From Haliotis rubra (taxonomy: Eukaryota), in assembly GCF_003918875.1 (NCBI RefSeq), contig NW_025767157.1:1178001-1242000 (forward strand): a stretch of DNA of 64,000 nt, in the 5' to 3' direction. How positions within the stretch are numbered: position 1 is the first letter of the stretch; each line of letters begins with the position of its first letter. Below are positions 1 through 12,600 of the stretch, piece by piece. The notes beneath the pieces were generated by a model. The model did no database searches. It was not told the origin of the DNA and worked only from the letters and a program-made list of their open reading frames with translations. A program made the translations under genes and the position numbers.

Positions 1-274
1 ATCTTCCATCTCGCAATGTTAAGCCTGAAAGTTAACAATGATGGTCAGTCATAATGTGTCACATAATTTGCAAATTGCTATCGGAAGTATGAGACATACG
101 TTAAAGTGGTGTGTTGTATTTACAACAATAAAATACACCGACTGATAGCATGGTCGGACCTTTATGAGAGACACGTGTTATTTTTCGGTAACATGAGTTA
201 TGGTAATGTATTTACTGAAGCAGGCAGTAAAAAGAAAATCGTGTGAACTGTATATGAAATTAAAATGCACGCAC

Positions 275-521
275 CTGCCAGGAGGGTCACCTTTGTGGTC
301 AAAGGAGAAGGTTTCATTGCTGTACGTGGTGAAGGTGACGTTGAGGATGTGTTGGAGGAGGACTGTGCCGTTGATGGGTTTCATCTGGGAACACAGTCCC
401 CGGGTCTCTCTACCACACAGAGCAGTCTGCATCCGGTCCAGTGCGAGGGCCAAAGTATAAACCGCCGTCACAACGAACCCAAGCTTGGAGTCCTGAGTCG
501 AACCCTCTAGTGTCTCGCTTC
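275..521 (-). CDS. GRM1/5-like: mGluR coding exon 4 (gene continues beyond the left edge of the window)
   Basis: Encodes QDSKLGFVVTAVYTLALALDRMQTALC...GLCSQMKPINGT...FDHKGDPPG(R). Acceptor TACTTTCAG, donor GTGCGT. Separated from exon 3 by a 12.9-kb intron. Confidence 0.93.
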
Positions 522-564
522 CTGAAAGTACATCACGAAAACAGGTAACACTGAAAGCTACTCT

Positions 565-735
565 TAGCAATAATCCAGCTACATGACGGCAGTGTGTTAA
601 TATTCGAGTCTGGACCAGACAATCCAGATGAATGACATCATGACCATCGATCTATATGCAAGTAGGACACGATTACATGCATCGGCGAACCTTCAATCCT
701 GACCGCACGCTATCGTCCGCTGCTTCTTGCAACGT
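565..735 (-). mobile_element. Degenerate SINE-like family B copy
   Basis: Contains gagtctggaccagacaatccag, the reverse complement of the family B body. Confidence 0.65.
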
Positions 736-754
736 TTTGTCTTGACTCCCAACA

Positions 755-896
755 GGTAAAGTCTTCGATCGTCACGCCGAAGACCCGGGTTCGATTCCCC
801 ACATGGGTACAATGTATGAAGCCTATTTCTGGTGTACCCCGGTGTGATATTCTTGGAATATTGTTAAAAGCGGCGTAAAACCCAACTCACTCACTC
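755..896 (+). mobile_element. tRNA-derived SINE family A, 5'-truncated
   Basis: B-box GGTTCGATTCC, body tgaagcc..tttctggtgt, tail gcggcgtaaaac..(CACT)n. Confidence 0.85.
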
Positions 897-1709
897 TTCA
901 GCACGGGTATGACATTTCAAGGCTTTGATTCAATGCATGACAATAGGCCACTTTAAACAACATTCCAGCTATATGAATAGTCTTCCCACATCCCACCCAT
1001 GGGCAACCCAGTCATACAGGGCAGCCAATGAGTTACCGCTTTTATCCGTTCATCAAGGCTATGTAGGACCTTACGTTATATCCTAAAATGTACACTAAGA
1101 AACCCTCGGCCGGATACGTGCAAATGGAGGACAATGTGACGATCCTTGTATAGATACATATATTCCCCGTTAATGAGCATGACTGAAACCGAAGAATCAA
1201 GTTAATACCGAAAAGAAACAATAGGACAAAGAATATGATAGTTATTTTTATCATAATTTGAAATATGTTCTTACATGATATATAATGTTGCCATGGAAAC
1301 GGTCAGATTGATGAGCATCGCAGAATAATGCTACAAAATTGTCTTCGGTCAAGTGTGATTATGAACATAACTGAAAAAGGGAAGAAATCTTGTGACAGTT
1401 ATACCACCTGGAGAGGATGTACACAATGCGTGTCGAAATGATTTAAACAAGTTAAAAAGGTGTTTGGGTAGCAGCAGCCATTACATGTTGTTTTAAGACC
1501 TGAAGTGTCCGTGATTGCTTCTAAGTACGCCGAGGTACAATCAAGCCAATCTCTACCAAACTAAATTTGATTGATCTCATCAAACTGTTTCGCGTGGGCT
1601 TTCCGCAGAAATCGACTTCTAGTTTAGTTATAGTGTTCCAATTACCCAAGCGCTAAGAGTGACAGTCCACTAAGCACATTTACGGCCTTTAATGGTCGGT
1701 CGCTTCAAG

Positions 1710-2852
1710 CCAGGGGCTGCGATACTGGGGTCAGGTTCGGGGTTTGCGATACTGGGGTCAGGTCCGGGAACTGCGATACTGGGGTCAAGTCCGGGGTCTG
1801 CGATAGTGAGGTCAGGTCCGGGGGCTGCGATACTGGGGTTAGGTTCGGGGGCTGCGATACTGGGGTCAGGTCCGGGGCCTGCGATACTGGGGTCAGGTCC
1901 GGGGGCTGCAATACTGAGGTCAGGTCCGGGAACTGCGATACTGCGGTTAGGTCCGGGGCGTGCGAAACTGGGGTCAGGTCCGGGGGCTGCGATACTGGGG
2001 TCAGGTCCGGGGGCTGCGATACTGAGGTCAGGTCCGGGAACTGCGATACTGGGGTCAGGTCCGGGGTTGCGATACTTGGGTCAGGTCCGGGGGCTGCGAT
2101 ACTGAGGTCAGGTCCGGGAACTGCGATACTGGGGTCAGGTCCGGGGCCTGTGATACTGGGGTCAGGTCCGGGGCCTGCGATACTGGGGTCAAGTCCGGGG
2201 TCTGCGATAGTGAGGTCAGGTCCGGGGGCTGCGATACTGGGGTTAGGTTCGGGGGCTGCGATACTGGGGTCAGGTCCGGGGCCTGCGATACTGGGGTCAG
2301 GTCCGGGGCTGCGATACTGAGGTCAGGTCCGGGAACTGCGATACTGGGGTCAGGTCCGGGGTTGCGATACTTGGGTCAGGTCCGGGGGCTGCGATACTGA
2401 GGTCAGGTCCGGGAACTGCGATACTGGGGTCAGGTCCGGGGCCTGTGATACTGGGGTCAGGTCCGGGGCCTGTCGATACTGGGGTCAGGTCCGGGGCCTG
2501 CGATACTGGGGTCAGGTCCGGGAACTGCGATACTGGGGTCAGGTCTGGGGCCTGCGATACTGGGGTCAGGTCCAGGGGCTGCGATACTGGGGTCAGGTCC
2601 GGGGGCTGCGATACTGAGGTCAGGTCCGGGAACTGCGTTACTGGGGTCAGGTCCGGGGCCTGTGATACTGGGGTCAGGTCCGGGAACTGCGATACTGGGG
2701 TCAGGTCCGGGGCCTGCAATACTGAGGTCAGGTCAGGGGTTTGCGATACTGGGGTGTGGTCCAGGGTTTGCGATACTGAGGTCAGGTCCGGGAACTGCGA
2801 TACTGAGGTCAGGTCCGGGGGCTGCGATACTGGGGTTAGGTCCGGGGGCTGC
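1710..2852. repeat. 27-bp G-rich minisatellite (~42 units)
   Basis: Unit ctgcgatactggggtcaggtccgggg(g/aa); the shadow ORFs show 9-aa periodicity. Confidence 0.95.
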
Positions 2853-3046
2853 ATTCGTTGAGTTAGGAAAAAGCCTGTCGAAGCATCTGCTGTACACAAG
2901 ACAATAAAAACCTGTAGTGTGACCAGCTAAACATCTGGGGCATGTTGGTAACAAGCTATATATACACTGCAGCAGAACTCGCGCAAGGCAGCTGTGATAC
3001 AAATGTGAAGGAACCCCTGTGTTCACTGGGCCCGCTTCGTCTGTAG

Positions 3047-5665
3047 ATGAACTCCAGCAAGACAACCAGCCTACTTCTGTAGCTAAACTCCAGCAAGACA
3101 ACCAACCTACTTCTGTAGCTGAACTCCAGCAAGACAACCAACCTACTTCTGTAGCTGAACTTCAGCAAGACAACCAACCTACTTCTGGAGCTGAACTTCA
3201 GCAAAATAACCAACCTACTTCTGGAGCTGAACTCCAGCAAGACAACCAACCTACTTCTGGGGCTGAACTCCAGCAAGACAACCAACCTCATTCTGTAGCT
3301 GGACTCCAGCAAGACAACCAACCTACTTCTGTAGCTGAACTCCAGCAAGCCAACCAGCCTACCAACCTACTTCTGTAGCTGAATTCCAGCAAGCCAACCA
3401 GCCTACCAACCTACTTCTGGAGCTGAACTCCAGCAAGACAACCAACCTACTTCTGGAGCTGAACTCCAGCAAGACAACCAACCTACTTCTGGGGCTGAAC
3501 TCCAGCAAGACAACCAGCCTACTTCTGGGGCTGAACTCCAGCAAGACAACCAACCTACTTCACGAGCTGAACTCAAGCAAGACAACCAACCTACTTCTGG
3601 AGCTGAACTCCAGCAAGACAACCAACCTACTTCTGTAGCTGAACTCCAGCAAGACAACCAACCTACTTCTGTAGCTGAACTCCAGCAAGACAACCAACCT
3701 ACTTCTGTAGCTGAACTCCAGCACCTACTTCTGTAGCTGAACCAACCTACTAACCTACTTCTGTAGCTGAACTCCAGCAGCAAGACAACCAACCAACCTA
3801 CTTCTGGAGCTGAACTCCAGCAAGACAAGCCCTTCTGGGGCTGAACCTACTTCTGTAGCTGAACTCCAGCAAGACAACCAACCTACTTCTGGGGCTGAAC
3901 TCCAGCAAGACAACCAACCTACTTCTGTAGCTGAACTCCAGCAAGACAACCAACCTACTTCTGTAGCTGAACTCCAGCAAAGCCAACCAGAGCTACTCCA
4001 GCCTACTTCTGTGTAGCTGAATTCCAGCAAGCCAACCAGCCAGGGCTCACTGGTAGCAACTCCAGCAAGACAACCAACCTACTTCTGGAGCTGAACTCCA
4101 GCAAGACAACCAACCTACTTCTGGAGCTGAACTCCAGCAAGACAACCAACCTACTTCTGTAGCTGAACTCCAGCAAGACAACCAACCTACTTCTGTAGCT
4201 GAACTCCAGCAAGACAACCAGCAAGACAACCAGAACTTCAGCAACTCCAACCAACCTACTTGTAGCTGAACTCCTGCAAATTCCAGTAGCTGAACTCCAG
4301 CCAGCCTACCAACCTACTTCTGGAGCTGAACTCCAGCAAGACAACCAACCTACTTCTGGGCTGAACTCCAGCAAGACAACCAACCTACTTCTGGGCTGAA
4401 CTCCAGCAAGACAACCAACCTACTTCTGTAGCTGAACTCCAGCAAGACAACCAACCTACTTCTGAGCTGAACTCCAGCAAGACAACCAACCTACTTCTGG
4501 GGCTGAACTCCAGCAAGACAACCAACCTACTTCTGTAGCTGAACTCCAGCAAGACAACCAACCAACCAACCTACTTCTGTAGCTGAACTCCAGCAAGACA
4601 ACCAACCTACTTCTGTGGCTGAACTCCAGCAAGACAACCAGCCCTACTTCTGGGGCTGAACTCCAGCAAGACAACCAGCCTACTTCTGGGCTGAACTCCA
4701 GCAAACCAACCAACCTACCTTCTTCTGTAGCTGAACTCCAGCAAGCCAGCCAGCCAACCAGCCTACCAACCTACTTCTGTAGCTGAACTCCAGCAAGCCA
4801 ACCAGCCTACCAACCTACTTCTGAGCTGAACTCCAGCAAGACAACTAACCTACTTCTGAGCTGAACTCCAGCAAGCCCAACCTACTTCTGTAGCTGAACT
4901 CCAGCAAGACAACCAACCTACTTCTGTAGCTGAACTCCAGCAAGACAACCAACCTACTTCTGTAGCTGAACTCCAGCAAGACAACCAACCTACTTCTGTA
5001 GCTGAACTCCAGCAAGACAACCAACCTACTTCTGTACTTCTGGGCTGAACTCCTTCTGTAGCTGAACTCCAGCAAGACAACCAACCTACTTCTGTAGCTG
5101 AACTCCAGCAAGACAACCAACCTACTTCTGGGGCTGAACTCCAGCAAGCCAACCAACCTACTTCTGTAGCTGAACTCCAGCAAAACAACCAACCTACTTC
5201 TGGAGCTGAACTCCAGCAAGACAACCAACCTACTTCTGGGGCTGAACTCCAGCAAGACAACCAGCCTACTTCTGTAGCTGAACTCCAGCAAGCCAACCAA
5301 CCTACTTCTGGGGCTGAACTCCAGCAAGACAACCAGCCTACTTCTTGGGCTGAACTCCAGCAAGACAACCAACCTACTTCTGTAGCTATACTCCAGCAAG
5401 ACAACCAGCCTACCAACCTGCACTTGCAGTCCTACAGGGGAACTACTCTACTTCCGCACATGCAGTCTCATAGGGCAACCATTCAACGTCTGTACATGCA
5501 GTCCTACAGGGCAACCAATCTACTTCTATTCTTGAAGTCCTACAGGGCAACCAACCTACGTCTAAACTTGTAGTCCTAAAGGCCAACCAACCTACTTCTG
5601 CCCTTGCCGTCCTACAGGGCAACCAACCAATGTCTTTGTTTGAAGTCCTACAGGGCAACCAACCC
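3047..5665. repeat. 36-bp minisatellite (~65 units) with a diverged right end
   Basis: Unit gaactccagcaagacaaccaacctacttctgtagct. 5420-5665 is a diverged variant (gtcctacagggcaaccaacctac). Confidence 0.95.
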
Positions 5666-8065
5666 ACTTGATAAAGGCGGCGTCAAACCCAGCAAACTCA
5701 CTCACTCACTCTCTAAATGCCAAACAACAGAATTGATATGCCTGAGAACGGAATATGTTATGATGATGAATGTGAACACAAGCCGGTTGGATTGAACAGC
5801 AATGTCAGCGATGTCATTGCATTGAAGGCAGTGAATCACAAAATATCATATTCCTGCGGTACATCAAGGGGAAGAGCGAGAGATCCGGTAGATATTTATA
5901 CAAGCCGTTTGCCAGAACTGTGTCCCTTCACTCTTTAAATTCGTGACGAATGTTTCCCGTTGTCTATTGGGTCGAACTTTCGTGTTGCAAGTTCCGTCTA
6001 CTTGCATCAACTCATCAAAATTCATATATTTCAATCGAACATCCAAGCCGTAGTGAAAACATTATTAGTTTTTACATCGAAATGTAATTTCGAAGGATTT
6101 GCTTTCAGAGTGTATGGTGGGAGAATGCTAATGATTTCCTAGAGTCAAGTTGTATTATACGACGAATCGCTGTAATACAACCCTCCCGAGCAGATCCATG
6201 TTTCATGTCCGATTTCCTGGCTACTCAACGCCCTAGAAATACATTATAATCATCACCCAAAATGTTGTTATTCGGCATAACACAGAGTCGGCAATACGTG
6301 GCAACATGTTAACACGAGATTCCAGACGATGATACGCGCTATGGTCCCATAACGTTGAAAGATAATGAGGAACGTGAAATCACGTCTCTCAAGATGGTAT
6401 GTTCTGAAATATAAAGGCCTGTCTGTGATGAACAGGCTCCACCACAGACATACGGGGACCGTAGATCGTCGCTTGTGGTCCTCTCCAGGGATCTCTTGCA
6501 TCATCATCCCCGTCCTCATCCCTCGTGGTTCATCTTGGTGCGCTGATAGTATAGAGAGCTTTCTAATTAACTGTGATACCTAAAATCTTCTTTATATGAC
6601 GCAGTAGGGATTACGATATGGATTTTTGGGCTTTATCTCTCGACAATACGCCTTCGTTTCCACCATACGAGTAGGTCACAATTTCACTCCACCTATGTGA
6701 ACTGTTTGAAGCTGTATACTGTCGGACAGGGCAGGGAAAGTATGACACTGATATACAAACAGAAATTTGCATTTAGGCAGTTTATGATATGATATAAATA
6801 GCTGTGTTTCCAATCTTTTCCGTAGTGTTTACAGATGCTAATCCGCCAGTGTCCGTCCCCGTGAGATCGCTCCTCGTTCTGCCTTCTCTCATTGAATTAC
6901 GCTATGACCCGTCATCGATTAGTTTAGTATTTACATAAACAAATTACTGTTAATATGTCGGAGGCTTCTTTACGGCGTAGCCTCACTAGCCACTGTGTGG
7001 CGACATACACTAAAGTTTAATTGGGTTTGGCGGCGATTGCCGAGATATTTGCCGTCGTGCATTGATCTCCACTCACTATATGATATTAGTGGACAACCGC
7101 TCACGTGCGGGCCTGTATTCGTGGAGTGATTACTGGAAGCTCTTCACACCACGTGTGATAAGCGAAACCTACTTAACGGGTAATGGGTGGAAAGAGCCGC
7201 CCTTTCAAATAAGTGTTTTTATCTTCAATTCAGTCGCGTGTGATTGCGTTTTGATCGCGTTGATAAGTCTTATACAGATGCAAGTCTATGATATGGCACT
7301 GATACGCATCTGTCAGGGAGATGGTCAGATGGCCGTCATGACGTGACATTGGGGACGTATCGGTATGATCTCTGATAACATGGAACACAGTGAATGAATC
7401 AACGTATGTCACCACTGTTGATGGCTGGTTTACACAGACAATACATCTCATCAATAATAAAGTGTGATCAGGCATACATAATGTAAACAAGAGTGGTGAT
7501 GATTGTGTTGGGGGTCACTGATCCGTTCACAGAGGAAGCGTCCGCTAATGTAGGTTCAAATAGCATGAAACCTAATCCTGACTGTCGTCATGTCTGACTC
7601 AGGGACATCTCCATGAGGCTGATGAAAGAGTTATATACCTGTATATGCTATATACCCCCTCGTGTGACAAACTATGTCACAGTATACATAGTTTATGACG
7701 AACACCATTATATCGAATTGACGGATAAATCGAACTACTCGGGTCCCGGACACTGGCTGTATATGTCATATCTACAATGCCATTCCCCATTCGCGAGGAA
7801 TTTTCTTTTTATCAGTATCCTCTGTAAAATGGTTTAGCTCGATATGTGATGAATCGTGTTATATCTAAGTCTGATATACTTTATCATATCTATATATTTG
7901 ATGTATCATGATGTTATATAATTTATTTATCTGATATACCATATTATACCTCATTCGTGATGAATAATGTTATATATGTGTTTGATATACACGTTTATAC
8001 CTCGTGGTGAGTCATGCTATACCTGTCTGGCACACAACGTCATGCATTGTTATGCCCTGTTAGTG

Positions 8066-8125
8066 ACAGACCGCCGCCATATAGCTGGAATATTGCTGAG
8101 TGCGGCGTAAAACTAAACTCACTCA
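8066..8125 (+). mobile_element. Family B 3' fragment
   Basis: acagaccgccgccatatagctggaatattgctgagtgcggcgtaaaactaaactcactca. Confidence 0.8.
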
Positions 8126-8997
8126 TTGACTCATTACTCAAGCTGTAACATCTGCATCATCCTGTACAATGTTATATCTACACTTGTTTCCAGTAGACTC
8201 TTTTAGGAAACACCCGGTGTCAGTAACTGACTTTCAGTGACCCGTTCACTTTCTTTTCACTTCTTAACAAGAGAGCTAAAAGCACTTTACCATAACTTTG
8301 AGTCAGGTTGTTAGACAAATAATACACAAACGATGGATACATGTAATGCTGAGCTGTCAAATTCCTTTATAACGATGACCAGTGGCATTGTCTCCTGCCC
8401 ACAAATTCTTCCCTACAAAACCTCCACCAGCCTCCTAAACGCAACATACCGCCGTAAGAAGATCGTTCGTAATCCCCTTCGGGGGTAAATACGCTGTCTT
8501 CCATCAACAGAGAGAACATGGCCTTCTGACAGTCGCGTCGCTGCCAATGATGTACAGTCCGGGCAATATCTGCGTACAATGTCAGAAACTGTCATCTGTA
8601 AGGCCTTTAAGTCCTAACTCCTTGAGCCCTGAGTCTCCTAGCCACTGTCTGTCGACTAATTATATGCCTCAAGACATTCGTTACTGATTACGCCATTATC
8701 AGGAATCAATTACTGAGATGATAGTACGCAAGTATTGGTCTTCGTTGGACGAAGTTACCCTGGATCTGCCTGTATGATGTCTGTCCGGTCTGTCTGAAAC
8801 GTTGCATCGGGTTAGCCACCCGTTAGTTGGGCAAAACCAAAAGTTCCATCAATGAGGGCATGGATGACTCCCATCTGTATCATACCCAGAGCCTGCTTGC
8901 ATTGTTCGGGTGCAAGCCGTGGTACTTGTGGGGTTTTGTTTTAGCGTGAGTGTCTCCCACGTGTCATTATCGTGTCCGTATCATTTATATACCATGA

Positions 8998-9295
8998 ACC
9001 CATGAAGATCCGGGTTAGAATTGACCTTCAGTAATCCATGCTTGTCGTATACCCGTGAAGGTCCGGGTTAGAATATTGATCTTCAGTAACCCATGCTTGT
9101 TGTAAGAGACGACTAACGGGATGGGGTGGTCAGGCTCGCTGACTTAATTGACACGTGTCATCGGTTCCCAATTGCGCAGATCGATGCTCATACTGTTGAT
9201 CACTGGATTCTCTAGGTCAGACTCGATTATTTACAGACCGCCGCCATATAGCTGGAATATTGCTGAGTGCGGCGTAAAACTCAACTCACGCACAC
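8998..9295 (+). mobile_element. SINE-like family B element, full length, with duplicated 5' head
   Basis: 12-bp TSD tatataccatga at 8986-8997 and 9296-9307; head repeated at 8998 and 9051. Confidence 0.9.
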
Positions 9296-9559
9296 TATAT
9301 ACCATGATTTCACGTGTTACTGCCCAAGCGACACGTGCTTTTTCACCTTTCTTTGCATTTCCTACGAAAAACGCACCTTTTAAGCGAAACGGAATTCGTG
9401 TGATCAGATACCTGAGACCTGATTATGCTCTAAACATTCCGGACAAATGATGGTGACAAAGCCACCAAAACAGGGTTTCATGCATGGCCTTTATAAGGAG
9501 ACTCGAACGCTATTAACCAACGGTAAACCCACTCGGCTACCCAATCGCCACCGTTCATA

Positions 9560-10832
9560 TACTAAGCAGCAAAAGAAACGTCAGTTTGGAATTTTCCTTC
9601 GCAGAAACGGATAACTGTAAACTCACTAATGCTTTGATTGTATATTTTTTGACATCATCTCCAACTTAACCTGAGCAAAGACATTCCTTTCCAACCTCAG
9701 AATTGAACCCAGGAAATGGCCTCAAAAACGCAACCTGATCTCGGAGATGGTACGGTGTTCTCCATGTTTTTCATGCAACTCATGCTGCACGTGCTGTTCA
9801 CAAGCAGCAGCCCTATAAAATGCGCCCCCAAACCTGGTTGAAACATTCACATTACAACGTCAGCAGGATGCTGCGACTCACGACAGCTCAGAGGAACCAG
9901 GTGCTAGGAAGACTTGAAGCTGGCCACACTGCACAAGCTGTTGCCAATCACTTCCAACCATCTACAGGCTGCAGCAACGTTTCCGGGCCACCAACACCAC
10001 AAATGATCGCCCCCGTACTGGCAGACCAAGGGTGACCACAAGACGACAAGACCGCCATGTTGTGCGACAGTATGTACAGGATCCCTTCATGCAGGCATCC
10101 GAAACAGCACGCCACACAGTGGGAACACACGGAAGACCAATCAGTACTGATACAGTAGGCCGACGTCATCGGCGTGAAAGTCTACAGTTTGCCCTACAAA
10201 ACCAAAACTGGCGATACAGGCAATGGAGAACTGTTTTGTTCACAGGTGAGAGTCGGTACTGCGTATCAACTGCAGATAGTAGAACAAGAACATGGCGACG
10301 ACGTGACCAGCGTTACTCAGGCCAATGTGTTATGGAAAGAGACTCATGGGGAGGTGCAAGCATCATGGTATGGGGTGGAATAGGCCTGAACCAGAGAGTG
10401 GGTCCTGTGGTGTTCCAGAACCTTGGTCCAGGGAGAGGAGGCGGCATCACAGCGGTGCGCTACATCGACCAAACTCTCAGACTCCACGTCATACCACATT
10501 TCGCACGTCACCGGAACAACATTTTCCAGCATGATAACGCCTGGGCCCATACTGCCAGAGCTACACGGGACTTCCTACAGCAGAACGGTGTCAACATTAT
10601 GCAGTGGCCAGCCCTTAGTCCTGATTTAAACCCAATTGAACATCTTTGGGATGAAATTCAGAGGAGACTGAATAATGTCATACCAAGGCCGAACACAGCC
10701 GATTTATTGCGCCAGGCCTTTCTCAGAGTGTGGTTCCAGGTGCTAATGGCCTTCATCAATCGATTGTTGCACTCCATGCACAGAAGCTGTGCTGCAGTTA
10801 TTGCCGCTCGTGGTGGTCACACTAGATACTGA
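9560..10832 (+). mobile_element. Tc1-like (DD34E) DNA transposon, defective
   Basis: Left end TA|tactaagcagcaaaagaaacg. The transposase has the RPRTGRPR AT-hook, QHDNA, and WPALSPDLNPIEHLW with 34 residues between D and E. No right TIR found. Confidence 0.88.
9868..10832 (+). pseudogene. Tc1 transposase pseudogene
   Basis: ATG at 9868; frameshift/deletion near 9955; probable in-frame deletion near 10165; first catalytic Asp changed (VLFTGESRY versus the usual F[ST]DESRF). Confidence 0.88.
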
Positions 10833-10986
10833 AGTGGTTTAGCCTGATGGTTAAAGCGTCCGCTCGTGACGCCGAAGACCCGGGTTCGATTCCCCATATG
10901 GGCAAAAGTGTAAAGCCAATTTCTGGTGTACCCCGCCGTGATATTGCTGGAATATTGCTGCATACAATCATACTCACTCACTCACT
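10833..10986 (+). mobile_element. SINE family A immediately after the transposase stop codon
   Basis: A-box tagcctgatgg, B-box ggttcgattcc, (CACT)n tail. Confidence 0.85.
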
Positions 10987-11111
10987 ACTTGTTATCGCCA
11001 ACATTATGCAGTGAAACCACAAACAAATCAGTCAGTTTTCCTGCTCTGAAATTTAAGATATTGTCAAATTTCAATGGTTTTCCTTAGTCTGTCTCAAGGA
11101 TACCCTCGTGT

Positions 11112-11353
11112 GTTTGTTTGTTTGCTTGCTTAACGCCGTAATCAGATATGATAAAGCTATGTTACGGTGGTCTGTAAACAATAATCTACGCCAGATACTC
11201 CAGTGATTGACACTATGGACGCCAGATAATGCAATAGGGATACGATGGCAGGCATCAGCTAAGTCAGCGAGCCTGGCCACCCGATCCCGTCACTGGCCTT
11301 TCACGACAAGCATGTGTTGCCAGAGACCAATTATAACCCGGATCTTCAAGGGC
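11112..11353 (-). mobile_element. Diverged family B copy with (AAAC)n tail
   Basis: Reverse complement matches the family B head (cacgacaagcatg...aacccggatcttc) and body. Confidence 0.75.
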
Positions 11354-12178
11354 AGGTGTAACTTGATATTTGATAATATTAACCTACGGCCTCCTCAGTG
11401 CTATCAATGAATATTGATTGATTGACAGAGTAACTTGGTTTTTAATTTTGACCTTGTCGTCACATGATTTTCACCGTTAAGTAACACGCATTCAGTTTCC
11501 ATCCAACATGCATGTAGTTTTCAAGTGTGTTAGCCTATTCTTTCCTAAACTGATCTCAACCATGACTCCAGGGATCAAATGGCAGCATTAATGACTTGTA
11601 CATCATTCATGAGTTTTACAAGGCATTGCAACACAAAAGAAGCCTGTATTCTGCCGATCCTGCATATGTGTGCGATGAACCGTTTGCTTATGAAAGACTG
11701 TGGTGACATCTTTCATGTAGCGGTCATGTCAGCGCTTTCACAAACCAGTTTTTGTTTCGGAATCCAACTGCGCCTACAAGGCATATGCTTCTGTCTTAGT
11801 CTCGATCCACGTCATTTTATAGGCATGCTCTTCACGGTATGTATATTGACGTGTCGTCAACATGGAGGCGGATGTTTATGTTCAGTCCCACAACATTTAG
11901 AGATAAAAGAAACCGTGACGATCCTAAAATTGATCTGTGTGGTTTACCTGCTTGAAACTTGAATTACAACTATCGATATCTTCTGGTCATGCGTTAACAT
12001 GGTGGCTAGGATACTACATGCTTCAAACGTACCCATGTGAACGAATACGTGAGTTGGGCTTAAAAGGCGTCGTTTAAACAAATGGTGTGGTTGTTTTATG
12101 AGGCGTCAGTTTATGTAGGAGAGACCGAAGCGAGTCTCGTCTTTGGTGAAATACGATCAGGATAACTCAAAGAATATA

Positions 12179-12600
12179 AGTGAGTGAGTGAGTTTAGTTT
12201 TACGCCGCACTCAGCAATATTCCAGCGATATGGCGGCGGTCTGTAAATAATCGAATCTGGACCAGACAATCCAGTGATCAACAGCATGAACATCGATCAG
12301 CGCAATTTGGAACCGATGACATGTGCCAACCAAGTCAGCGAGCCTGACCACCCGATCCCGTGGGTTACTGAAGCATGGGTTACTAAAGAGCATTATTTTA
12401 ACCCGGACCTTCAGGGCTGTAAAATGGATTTGTTATAAGCCTCTTACGACAAGCATGGGTTACTGAAGATCAATTCTAACCCGGGTCTTAACGGGTGTGT
12501 AGTTCAGAAAGGGCTGTAAAATGCATTTGTTATAGTCCACAGCCTCTTACGACAAGCATGGGTTACTGAAGATCAATTTTAACCCGGACCTTAACGGGTC
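12179..12600 (-). mobile_element. Family B element with three tandem 5' heads
   Basis: Body at 12179-12416 plus extra heads at 12438-12496 and 12543-12600. Imperfect TSD caaagaatat/caaggaatat at 12168-12177 and 12602-12611. Confidence 0.85.

Noticed and set aside
3047-5420. CRISPR-like array (36-bp repeats)
   Set aside because: Units are head-to-tail with no unique spacers, there are no cas genes, and the context is eukaryotic.
1692-5667. Numerous repetitive ORFs (GSGPGAAIL, ELQQDNQPTSVA, EVGWLSCWSS)
   Set aside because: Unit lengths of 27 and 36 are multiples of 3, so frames stay open by chance. They are intronic, broken by indels and lack splice signals.
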